Shown here: in pieces, positions 17,144-25,613 of the stretch | Layout of the letters: each line of letters opens with the position of its first letter | How positions within the stretch are numbered: the first letter of the stretch is position 1 | Source: Candidatus Methylomirabilia bacterium | GTDB taxonomy: Bacteria; Methylomirabilota; Methylomirabilia; Rokubacteriales; CSP1-6 | Direction of reading: 5' to 3' | NCBI GenBank assembly: GCA_041497895.1 | Contig: JBGQHJ010000062.1 | Location: 1-26,233, forward strand | Length of the DNA: 26,233 nt | The notes under the pieces: generated by a model | Database searches by the model: none | What the model was told of the DNA's origin: nothing | The model's input: only the letters and a program-made list of their open reading frames with translations | Translations under genes and position numbers: made by a program

Positions 17144-18131
17144 TCACGACGCGGCGCGGAAGTGGCGACGGTACTGGCCGGGGCTGACCCGGACCCCGCG
17201 CCGGAACGCACGGTGCATGGTCTCGACGCGGCCGAAGCCGCACGCGGTGGCCACCTCGGCCACGCTCAGGTCCGCGGTCTCGAGCAGACGACGCGCGCCC
17301 TCGACCCGCTGCGCCTCCACGTAGGCGGCGGGGGTCGCGCCGATCTCCCGGCGGAAGGCGCGCGCGAAGTTGCGCGGGCTCATGCGGGCGCGGCGGGCCA
17401 GCGCGGGCACCGACAGGTCGTCGCCCAGGTGATCCGCGATCCAGGCCTGGAGATCTCGCAGCCCACGCCGCTCGGCCACCTGGGCCCGCAGCTGGACGCT
17501 GAACTGCGACTGCCCGCCGGGCCGGCGCAGGAACATCACCAGCCAGCGGGCCACCGCGAGGGCCAGGTCGCGGCCGCCATCCTCCTCCACCAGCTCGAGC
17601 GCGAGATCCATGCCCGCGGTGACACCGGCCGAGGTGGAGACCTTGCCGTCGCGGATGAAGATGGGATCGGCCTCCACGCGCGCGGTCGGGTATCGGCGCT
17701 GGAGCGCGTCGCACACCGCCCAGTGGGTGGTGGCGCGGCGGCCGTCGAGCAGGCCGGCCTCGCCCAGGAGGAACGCGCCGCTGCAGACCGACGCCACGCG
17801 CCGCGCGCGCGCCGCGGTGCGCCGGATCCAGGACACGAGGCGCGCGTCCCGCATGGCCGCCCGCGTCCCCTGCCCCCCGCGACCAGGAGCGTGTCGACCG
17901 GCCCGGTGGCCTGGCGGATGTCGCGGCCGGCCAGCAGGGACAGCCCGCTCGAGGTCGAGACCGCTCCGGCCTCCGGAGCCAGCACCGAGAGTTCGTAGCG
18001 CGGGGCCCGGCCGGGCGAGAGCCGGTTCGCGAGCGCGAACACCTCGAGCGGGCCGGTGACGTCGAGCGCCTGGACGTCCGGGAACATCACGATCCAGACC
18101 GCAGCGGCCGGCGCGGGCTTCCCTGTCGCAT
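17144..18131 (-). pseudogene. GlxA-family (DJ-1 + AraC HTH) transcriptional regulator with two apparent 1-nt deletions (pseudogene or sequencing errors)
   Basis: N-terminal FPDVQALDVTGP...LLVAGG in one frame, SVCSGAF/ATTHW/RRPGGQSQFS/AraC HTH in another; the switch is at the C6 run 17873-17878; ATG 18131 is a further 1 nt out of frame. Confidence 0.8.
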
Positions 18132-18137
18132 GGGCAG

Positions 18138-18166
18138 AGGATGCCCGCGGCGGCGCCTGGCCGCAA
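18138..18166 (-). promoter_or_regulatory. putative leaderless promoter for the GlxA-like gene
   Basis: TTGCGG (18166-18161)-N17-CATCCT (18143-18138)-N6-ATG; no SD. Confidence 0.4.
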
Positions 18167-18216
18167 TGACAATGAAGTGACGAATCCGGCCAGGGGCCCG
18201 CCCGGGCGGGACTGAC

Positions 18217-18882
18217 CTACAGAGCGCGAGCCGCGGCCACGATCTCCTCGTCGCTCGGGAACTTGGAGAGGTCCCCGATCTGCGAAGCGGCCTCGATCTG
18301 GAGCCAGCGGATGATCCCGTCCCGGCCGATGAGGAAGTGCCCGGTCATCTGGGTGCCGTGCGCGGCCGCGATCTGCTGGTCGGTCTCGGTCGGCTCGAAC
18401 CCGTCTTTCTTGTTCAGGGTCTCCATCGCCGCGAAAGGGTTCTGGGGCGCGGCCAGCTCCCCGGTGGGATTCATCTGGACCGCCAGGAGCTGGCTCATCG
18501 TGGCGCTCTCGGGCCACGAGGTCGCCGATTCGTCCTCGACGACCGCGCCGGCGGGCACCCGAAACGCCCGGTGCGTCGCCGCCTCCGGGTCCGCCGCGAG
18601 CAGCACCCGCGCGGGGCGGTACTTGAAGTAGAGCCGCGCGCGCTCCAGCGGGGTATTGACCACCGCCATCGTCTCCACGCCTAGCGCCTTGAGCTTGTCC
18701 TGCGTGGTGCCCAGCTGCACGAGCTGGCGCCGGCAGAAGGGTCAGTGCAGGCCGCGGAACAGGCCGACCAGGACCGGACTGCGATCGAGATAGTCGTCGA
18801 GCGAGACCTGGCCCTCTCGATTGACCGCGGGCAGCGCGAAGTGGGGGGCGGGATCACCGGGGCGAAGGGGCGTGAACGCCAT
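18217..18882 (-). CDS. redoxin/AhpC-TSA (peroxiredoxin-like) protein with in-frame TGA at codon 47; candidate UxxC selenoprotein, 221 aa
   Basis: Reads MAFTPLRPGDPAPHFALPAVNREG...FRGLH(TGA 18744-18742)PFCRRQL..., colinear with the paralog at 21755-22423 that has TGC at codon 47; no other lesion; AGAAAGG upstream. Confidence 0.8.
18708..18735 (-). promoter_or_regulatory. candidate bacterial SECIS hairpin
   Basis: CCAGCU-CGUGC-AGCUGG stem-loop (18727-18711); loop begins 20 nt after UGA with G at loop position 2; the same sequence is present in the Cys paralog. Confidence 0.45.
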
Positions 18883-18895
18883 GAGCAGGGGCACC

Positions 18896-18986
18896 TTTCT
18901 ATTCGGGTCGTGTTCGGCGGCGAGGCCATCGTAGCAGGGAACGACCGCGGCGGCTCGTCGGCCACCTCGACGAGCTCGGCCCGGTG
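18896..18986 (-). pseudogene. decayed remnant of the cyclase 3' end and cyclase-redoxin spacer
   Basis: 23-nt exact match 18919-18941 = 22584-22606; 14-nt exact match 18950-18963 = 22616-22629, with a 1-nt indel between them; 18896-18916 resembles 22438-22459. Confidence 0.8.
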
Positions 18987-19024
18987 ACCCGGCCGGCGGT
19001 TGGCGGCCCGGTGCGCCGCCGAGC

Positions 19025-21703
19025 TTACTCGAGGCGCTGCAGGCGCGCTTCCAGGCGCGAGGCGAACGCCCCCACGTGTCGGGTGACGCACGAGTGGTGA
19101 TCGCCGGGCACGACCTCGATCTCGAGGCGCGGCAGCAGCGGCGACCACCCCAGGTCGGGTCGCCGCGCCCGCAGCTCCGCGGCCCGGAACAGCGTCACCG
19201 CGCCGTCGTAGCCCGCGGGCACGTACCGCCGGATGGCCCGGCGGTAGGCCTCCCACCCGGCTCCGGCCACGGCCGGCGGCGCGGCGTGGAAGACCGGGTC
19301 GTCTCCCGCGCCGCCCAGCCGGGTGATCCAGCGGGCCGCACCCGTGAGTCGGCGGCCCACCACGGCCGCCTGGCGTCGGAGGCCGGCGCGCGCCAGCCCG
19401 CCGAGTCGCGCCCGGCCGGTGCGCGCTCGCTCGACGATCTCCTCGGCCGCGCCATCCACGCTCGCGACGAAGGCCGCCTGGGCGGCCGGCGACAGGCGAC
19501 CGACCCGTCCCAGAGCCGCCGAGACGCCGTGGAGCATCTGCGCGCGCCACGCGGGCGCGGGCGTGTCGATCATCACCACCGCCTCGACCCGCTCCCCCGA
19601 GGCCCGGAGCTGGCGGGCCATCTCGAGCGCGACGATGCCACCGTAGCAATGGCCGCCCAGCACGTACGGCCCGTGCGGCCACGCCGCGCGTACCGCCCGG
19701 ACGCGGTCGGCCGCGATCGCCTCCACGGTATCGGGCAAGGGGCGGGTGCCGAGACCGTGGAGATGGATCGCGTACACCGGGCGATCCGGGTCGAGCGCGC
19801 GCCCGAGCGCGTGCGTGTAGAGCCCGCGCCCGTGGTCGTTGTGCACGAAGAAGAAGGGGGCGCGGGCGCCCGAGGGGCGCAGCACCGTCAGCGGCTCGTC
19901 GAACGCGCGGTCCTCCCGCAGCAGCGCGGCGGCGAGGCCGGCGACGGTCGGGGCCTCGAGCAGCGCCGACGGGGCGAGGGAGCGGCCGCAGGCCTCCTCG
20001 ATCGCGCTCACGAGCGCGGCCGCGAGAAGGGAATCGCCGCCCAGGTCGAAGAAGTCGTCGGTCGCGCCGATCGGGGCGAGGCCGAAGAGCTGCTCCCAGA
20101 TCCCGGCGATCTGGTGCTCGAGCGGGCTCCGCGGGGCCACGAACGGGTCGGGACGCGGAGCCCGATCGGGCGGCGGTGGGAGCGCGGCCAGATCCGTCTT
20201 GCCGTTGGGATTGAGCGGCATCGCGTCGAGCATCACGAACGCCGAGGGCAGCAGGTAGGCCGGAAGCCGCTCCAGCAGGAACCGGCGGAGCGCGCCCGGG
20301 AGCGGAGGCGGCGCGATCGCGCTCACCAGATAGGCCACGAGGCGCAGGTCCCCGCTCGGCGCGGTGACCGCCTTCACCACCGCCTGACGGACCGCCTCGT
20401 GCTCGGTCAGCGCCGCCTCGACCTGCCCCGGATGGATCCGGTAGCCCCGCACCTTGACCTGCGCGTCCTTGCGCCCGAGCAGCTCGAGGCAGCCGTCGGC
20501 TCCGAGCCGACCCACGTCACCGGTCCGGCAGATCCGCATCGCGGGATCCGTCGGATCCGGCCGGAACTTCTCGCGCGTGAGGTCGGGCCGGCGCCAGTAG
20601 CCGTCGGCCAGGAAGCGGCTCCGCACCGAGATCTCGCCCACCTGCCCGGCGTCGACCGGCGCCCCGTCGTCGTCGAGCACGAGGACCTCGGCGCCTTCGA
20701 GTCGGTAACCCGCGGGGACGCGGCCGGCCGGCAGAGGCGTGTCGTGGCGGATGTGGAGCTCGGTGATGGGGGTGGCCTCGGTGGATCCGTAGCCGGCCAC
20801 GATCAGGCAGCCGGGCGCGAAGCGCTCGCGGAAGCGCTCCACGTCCCGCCGGTAGAGCGGCTCGCTGCCGAGATGCACCACGCGCACCGATCGGAGCTGC
20901 CGGGTGATCCCGGGCTCGGCGAGCAGGGGGCGGAACGTGCTCACCGCGGAGCCGAGCACCGACACCGCCTCACGCTCGATCCAGGCCGCCAGCGCGCGCG
21001 GCCCCGCGAGCCGGCTGTCCCACGGGAGCACCGCCGCGCCGGCAGAGAGCGCGGCCACCACGTCCCGCACCCCCGGAGCCGAGCTCAGCGGGTGCAGCTG
21101 GCTCAGCCGATCGTCCGGGCCGATCCCGTGCGACGTCACCGAGCACCGGGCGCGATACAGCACGGTCCGGTGGCTGCGAAGGACGCCCTTGGGCTTACCG
21201 GTCGAGCCCGACGTGTAGATCAGGCAAGCTGGATCCTCCGGGCGAATCGTCGGACGCGGAGGCTGGACCCGCTCGAGCAGGTCCAGCTCGTCCACGCGAA
21301 GCCGCGGCAGTCTCACCGAGCCCGGCCCGCTCCCGTCGACGCCGTCCCGATCCGTCACGACCAGGACCGCCTCGGTGTCGCGCACGATCGCGCCGAGGTA
21401 GGCCGGGGGGTGATCGGGATTCAGCGGCACGCAGAGCTTGCCCGCCTTCCAGGAGGCGAGAACGGAGAGGATCGTGGTGATCGGGTCCGCGACCAGGATC
21501 ACCACCGGAGCGAGGTGGGCGGGAGCGCTCCGCGCGATGGCGGCCGCGAGCGCGTCCGAGCGGCGATCGATCTCCTCGTAGGTGAGGCGAACGCTCCCCC
21601 GGGCGACGGCGAGCGCGGAGGCCCGGATCGCGGCCACCCGGGCGAAGCGCCCGGACAGCGACCCCTCGACGTCCTCCGCCGGGAAGGCTAACGGGTCGGG
21701 CAT
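19025..21703 (-). CDS. stand-alone NRPS-like enzyme: adenylation-PCP-thioesterase
   Basis: YTSGSTGKPKG, GYGSTE, RTGD, GRKDAQVKVRGYRI, NPNGK; PCP DFFDLGGDSLL; TE GGHCYGG...MIDT...PGDH; 892 aa. Confidence 0.92.
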   Translation of the reverse strand: MPDPLAFPAEDVEGSLSGRFARVAAIRASALAVARGSVRLTYEEIDRRSDALAAAIARSAPAHLAPVVILVADPITTILSVLASWKAGKLCVPLNPDHPPAYLGAIVRDTEAVLVVTDRDGVDGSGPGSVRLPRLRVDELDLLERVQPPRPTIRPEDPACLIYTSGSTGKPKGVLRSHRTVLYRARCSVTSHGIGPDDRLSQLHPLSSAPGVRDVVAALSAGAAVLPWDSRLAGPRALAAWIEREAVSVLGSAVSTFRPLLAEPGITRQLRSVRVVHLGSEPLYRRDVERFRERFAPGCLIVAGYGSTEATPITELHIRHDTPLPAGRVPAGYRLEGAEVLVLDDDGAPVDAGQVGEISVRSRFLADGYWRRPDLTREKFRPDPTDPAMRICRTGDVGRLGADGCLELLGRKDAQVKVRGYRIHPGQVEAALTEHEAVRQAVVKAVTAPSGDLRLVAYLVSAIAPPPLPGALRRFLLERLPAYLLPSAFVMLDAMPLNPNGKTDLAALPPPPDRAPRPDPFVAPRSPLEHQIAGIWEQLFGLAPIGATDDFFDLGGDSLLAAALVSAIEEACGRSLAPSALLEAPTVAGLAAALLREDRAFDEPLTVLRPSGARAPFFFVHNDHGRGLYTHALGRALDPDRPVYAIHLHGLGTRPLPDTVEAIAADRVRAVRAAWPHGPYVLGGHCYGGIVALEMARQLRASGERVEAVVMIDTPAPAWRAQMLHGVSAALGRVGRLSPAAQAAFVASVDGAAEEIVERARTGRARLGGLARAGLRRQAAVVGRRLTGAARWITRLGGAGDDPVFHAAPPAVAGAGWEAYRRAIRRYVPAGYDGAVTLFRAAELRARRPDLGWSPLLPRLEIEVVPGDHHSCVTRHVGAFASRLEARLQRLE

Positions 21704-21754
21704 GTCGGATGCGTCAGATCGAGCGGAGGACGGCTTCGATCAGCATACGCCGGA

Positions 21755-22423
21755 CTAGAGGCCGCGGGCCGCGGCCACGATCTCCTCGTCGCCCGGGAAC
21801 TTGGAGAGGCCCTCGATCCCTTCGAGGGCCTCGATGTACCGCCACCGGACGGTCCCGTCCCGGTCGAGCAGGAAGTGCCCGGTCATCTGGGTACCGTGCG
21901 CGGCCGCCATCTGCCCGTCGATCTCGGTCATCTCGAACCCGTCCCGCTTGTTCAGGGTCTCGCCCGCCTCGAAGACGTTCTGCGGCTCCGGCAGCTCCCC
22001 GGTGGGATTGATCCGCGTCGCCTGCAGCTGGCCGATCGTGAGGGTCCCCTTGGCCCACGAGGCCTCCGATTCCTTCTCCACGATCACGCCCGCGGGCAGC
22101 CGGAACGCCCGGTGCGTCGCCGCCTCCGGGTCCGCGGCGAGCAGCACCCGCGCGGGGCGGTACTTGAAGTAGAGCCGCGCCCGCTCCAGCGGGGTGTTGA
22201 CCACCGCCATCGTCTCCACCCCCATCGCCTTGAGCTTGTCCTGCGTGGTGCCCAGCTGCACGAGCTGGCGCCGGCAGAAGGGGCAGTGCAGGCCACGGAA
22301 CAGGCCGATCAGGACCGGGCTGCGCCCGCGATAGTCGTCGAGCGAGACCTGGCCTTCCCGATTGACCGCGGGGAGCGCGAAGGCGGGAGCGGGATCACCG
22401 GGACCGAGAAGATTGGACGCCAT
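21755..22423 (-). CDS. redoxin/AhpC-TSA (peroxiredoxin-like) protein, CPFC motif, 222 aa
   Basis: PGDPAPAFAL, VSLDDYRG, FRGLHCPFCRRQL, FLLDRDGTVRW; start ATG 22423 matches the paralog's start. Confidence 0.9.
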   Translation of the reverse strand: MASNLLGPGDPAPAFALPAVNREGQVSLDDYRGRSPVLIGLFRGLHCPFCRRQLVQLGTTQDKLKAMGVETMAVVNTPLERARLYFKYRPARVLLAADPEAATHRAFRLPAGVIVEKESEASWAKGTLTIGQLQATRINPTGELPEPQNVFEAGETLNKRDGFEMTEIDGQMAAAHGTQMTGHFLLDRDGTVRWRYIEALEGIEGLSKFPGDEEIVAAARGL

Positions 22424-22460
22424 TGCCAGAGCTCGCTTTTCTGTTCGAGTCACGTTCGAG

Positions 22461-25400
22461 TCAATCCAGGAACGGCAGCACCACCAGCGCGTCGGGCTCG
22501 AGCCCGGCCCGCTCGCAGACCGCCTGGGCCTTCTGCATGAACTCCTCCGCCTGCCCCTCGTCGCCCAGGTCGAGGTGAACGGTGGCGAGGCCATCGTAGC
22601 AGGGAAACAGCAGCTGCGGCTCGTCGGCCTCCTCGGCAAGCGCGAGCGCCTCCCGGTAGTGCGCGATGGCGCGGGTCGGATCGCCGTGGCACTGGTAGAT
22701 CTGCCCGAGCACGATGAGCGGCACCGCCAGGTGATCGAGCTGCCCGAGGCGCCGGTCGAGATCGATCGCGGCGTGCGCCGCGCCGACGCCCTGCTCGTCG
22801 CAGCGGTTGGTGAGCGCGCAGTAGGCCACCGCGAGGTTCGCGTAGAGGCGCGACTGGAATCCGAGGTCGCCGATCTTCTTGGCCATCTCGAGGCCGGCCG
22901 CTCCCGCCTCGATCGCCCGCGCCGGATCGAGCGTGCTGTAGAGCACGCTCAGGTTTGCGAGCCCGCGACAGGCGGCCTGCAGCAGCCCGGTCTCCCGGGC
23001 GAGGGCCACGCTGCGTTCGATGTGCCCGACCGCCTCCTCCGGGCGACCCAGGCGGGCGCAGGCGACGCCGAGCGTGTTGTGACTCTGTGCGGCGGCGGTC
23101 ATCGCTTCCATGCGCCCGGCCGCGTCGAGCGCGGGGTCGGCGGCGAGCCGCTCGGCGTGGAGCCGCGCCTGCTCGGCCCACTCGACGGCCCGCTGGCTGT
23201 CGCCGCTGCGGAAGGCCAGCCGGCCCATCTCCTGATACAGGTGGGCCAGCTCGATGTGCTCGCGGTCGCCGGCGAGGAGACCGAGCCCGGCCTCGAAACA
23301 CTGGAGCGCCCGGGCCCGCGCGCCGGCGTCCCAGTGGAGGCCCCCCATCTTGCGAAGGATCCGCGCCTGGGCCGCCGCGTCCCCCGCCGCGCGGTATCCG
23401 GCCTCGACGATCTCGTACTCGCCGAGCGCGGTCGACCGCCGCCCGGTCGGGCCGAGCAGGTCGGCCATCCGCTCCCGGGCCACGAGCCGCTCCGTCTCGA
23501 TCGGCGCGGCCGCGGCCGGCTCGTCGCAGTGCTCGAGCGCGTCGAGGGCCCGCTGATAGTGCAGGATCGCGTCCGCGTTGGCATACATGCTGCGCGCCCA
23601 GTCGCCGGCCGACATCAGGTACCGCGCGCCCCGGCGCTTGTCGGCACCGAGGGCCCAGTGATGGCCGAGGGCCACCAGCCGCTCGAGACTCTCGGGGTCA
23701 CCCGCGCCCTGGGCCTCCAGCGCCGTCGCCACGCGCGTGTGCAGCTCGGTGCGACGGGCCACGAGGATGTTCTGGTACACGATCTCCTGGAGGAGCCCGT
23801 GGCGGAACCGGCGATCCGGCCCCGGCATCACCAGGTCGGCGCCGACGAGCGCGTCGAGCGCCGCGTCCACCGCGCCGGGCTCGGCCGAGACCGCCTTCAG
23901 CAGCGGGACCTCGAAGCGGGGCCCGATCACCGCCGCCTCCTGGATGACCCGTCGCTCCGCGGCGTCGAGCCGATCCAGGCGCGCGAGCAGCAGCCCGTGC
24001 AGGGTGGCGGGCACCTGCGCGGTCGCGGCCTCCGCGGTGCAGCGCCACGCCTGGCCGTCGCGGACCAGCAGCCCGGCCGCGACCAGCGCGCGCACCACCT
24101 CCTCGAGGTACAGCGGGTTGCCACCGGCCCGCTCCAGGATCAGCTCCCGCAGGCGCTCCGGGAACAGATGTGTCGAGTCGCCGAACCACGCGGCCAGGAG
24201 ATCCTCGCTGCCGGAGCGCGACAGCGGCGTGACCTCGATCGCGGTGTGCGGGGTCCGGCTCGTGCCCAGCGCGTCCGGCTCGAGCGTCGGTCGATACATC
24301 AGGAGGACCAGGAGCGGACGATCGGCGAGCCGGTCCGCGACCACGCCGATCAGCTCGATGGAGGCGGCGTCGGCCCAGTGCAGATCCTCGACGACCAGCA
24401 CCAGCGGGCCGGTGGCGAGCCGCCGCTCCACCAGGGCGCGGGTGGCCATGAAGATCTGGCGCTTGAGCTGCTCCGGCTCCAGATGGCGGATGCGCGCGTC
24501 GTCCTGCTCGAGCCCGAACACCCGGGCGAGCGCGGCCACCATCGCCGCGCGATCCTCCGCGTCGACCCCGAGCGTCTCCAGGCCCGCCGCGAGCTTGCTC
24601 CGCGCGACCTCGACGGAATCGCCGTGCTCCACCGCGTAGGCATCGCGCAGGAGCGCGGCCGCCGCCCCGTAGGTCTGCTCGCCCAGCGCCGAGCACGCCG
24701 CGCGCCGGATCGTGGTGCCCTCGAGGCGCCCGGTCGCCTCGAGGCGTGCGAAGAACTCCCGCTGCAGGCGCGATTTCCCGGCCCCCGGCTCGCCGATGAG
24801 GCTCAGTACCTGGGCGCGCCCCGCCCGCATGTCCTCGAAGGCCGCCTCCATCCGGCGCAGCTCGCGCTCGCGACCCACGAGGGGCGCGGCCAGCCCGAGG
24901 CCCTCGAGGCCGCGGGCCGAGCGCGGGGCCGCGAGCGGGCCCAGCAGGCGATGGACCCCCACCGGCTCGCTCTTGCCCTTGAGCGGAACCTCCTCGCGCG
25001 GGGCGAACGCGAAGGCGTGGTGGGTGAGCTGATACGTCGCGTCGCCGATCAGGATCTCGCCCGAGGGCGCCGCGCTCTGCAGGCGAGAGGCGGTGTTGAC
25101 GGTGTCGCCGGTCACCGCGTAGGCCGCGTCGGCGCTCGAGCCGATCCGGCCCGCCACGACCGGGCCGGTGTTGACCCCGATGTGGAGCGCGAGCGGCCGC
25201 CCCACCCGCCGCTCCCAGCGACGATTGAGCACGCCCATCCGCTCGCGCATCAGGAGGGCCGCCCGCAGGCCGCGCTCGGGATCGTCCTCGTGCGCGAGCG
25301 GGGCGCCGAACACCGCCATGACCGCATCGCCCACGAACTTCTCGACGAACCCCTCGTAGCGCTCGATCGACGCGGACATCTCGCGGAAGAGGTCGGCCTG

Positions 25401-25613
25401 GATCGCGCGCACGTCCTCGGCGTCGAGTCCTTCGCTGAGCGCGGTGAACCCGACCAGGTCCGCGAAGAGCACGGTCACCGGGCGGCGGTCACCGTCCGGC
25501 GCGGCGGGCGGCGAGGGCGGCGGCGGCACCTTCGCGGTGGCCAGCTTGCCTCCGCACTTCGGACAGAACGCGAAGTCGGCGGGCGCTTCGAAGCCGCAGC
25601 CGCTACACGTCAT
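22461..25613 (-). CDS. zinc-ribbon + class III adenylate/guanylate cyclase + STAND/AAA ATPase + TPR protein, 1050 aa
   Basis: CSGC...CPKC; FADLVGFT, EKFVGDAVMA, GDTVNTASRLQ; Walker A GEPGAGKS, Walker B VVEDLHWAD, GGNPLY; helical TPR-like tail; ATGA overlap with VOC stop. Confidence 0.93.
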   Translation of the reverse strand: MTCSGCGFEAPADFAFCPKCGGKLATAKVPPPPSPPAAPDGDRRPVTVLFADLVGFTALSEGLDAEDVRAIQADLFREMSASIERYEGFVEKFVGDAVMAVFGAPLAHEDDPERGLRAALLMRERMGVLNRRWERRVGRPLALHIGVNTGPVVAGRIGSSADAAYAVTGDTVNTASRLQSAAPSGEILIGDATYQLTHHAFAFAPREEVPLKGKSEPVGVHRLLGPLAAPRSARGLEGLGLAAPLVGRERELRRMEAAFEDMRAGRAQVLSLIGEPGAGKSRLQREFFARLEATGRLEGTTIRRAACSALGEQTYGAAAALLRDAYAVEHGDSVEVARSKLAAGLETLGVDAEDRAAMVAALARVFGLEQDDARIRHLEPEQLKRQIFMATRALVERRLATGPLVLVVEDLHWADAASIELIGVVADRLADRPLLVLLMYRPTLEPDALGTSRTPHTAIEVTPLSRSGSEDLLAAWFGDSTHLFPERLRELILERAGGNPLYLEEVVRALVAAGLLVRDGQAWRCTAEAATAQVPATLHGLLLARLDRLDAAERRVIQEAAVIGPRFEVPLLKAVSAEPGAVDAALDALVGADLVMPGPDRRFRHGLLQEIVYQNILVARRTELHTRVATALEAQGAGDPESLERLVALGHHWALGADKRRGARYLMSAGDWARSMYANADAILHYQRALDALEHCDEPAAAAPIETERLVARERMADLLGPTGRRSTALGEYEIVEAGYRAAGDAAAQARILRKMGGLHWDAGARARALQCFEAGLGLLAGDREHIELAHLYQEMGRLAFRSGDSQRAVEWAEQARLHAERLAADPALDAAGRMEAMTAAAQSHNTLGVACARLGRPEEAVGHIERSVALARETGLLQAACRGLANLSVLYSTLDPARAIEAGAAGLEMAKKIGDLGFQSRLYANLAVAYCALTNRCDEQGVGAAHAAIDLDRRLGQLDHLAVPLIVLGQIYQCHGDPTRAIAHYREALALAEEADEPQLLFPCYDGLATVHLDLGDEGQAEEFMQKAQAVCERAGLEPDALVVLPFLD

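Noticed and set aside
18197..18210. 14-bp palindrome CCCGCCCGGGCGGG as a terminator
   Set aside because: All-GC, no U-tract, likely by chance at this composition
19076..21691. 871-aa plus-strand ORF
   Set aside because: Antisense shadow of the A-PCP-TE gene; long open shadows are expected at this GC content
21742..21747. TATGCT -10 upstream of the A-PCP-TE gene
   Set aside because: No matching -35 or extended TG; insufficient support
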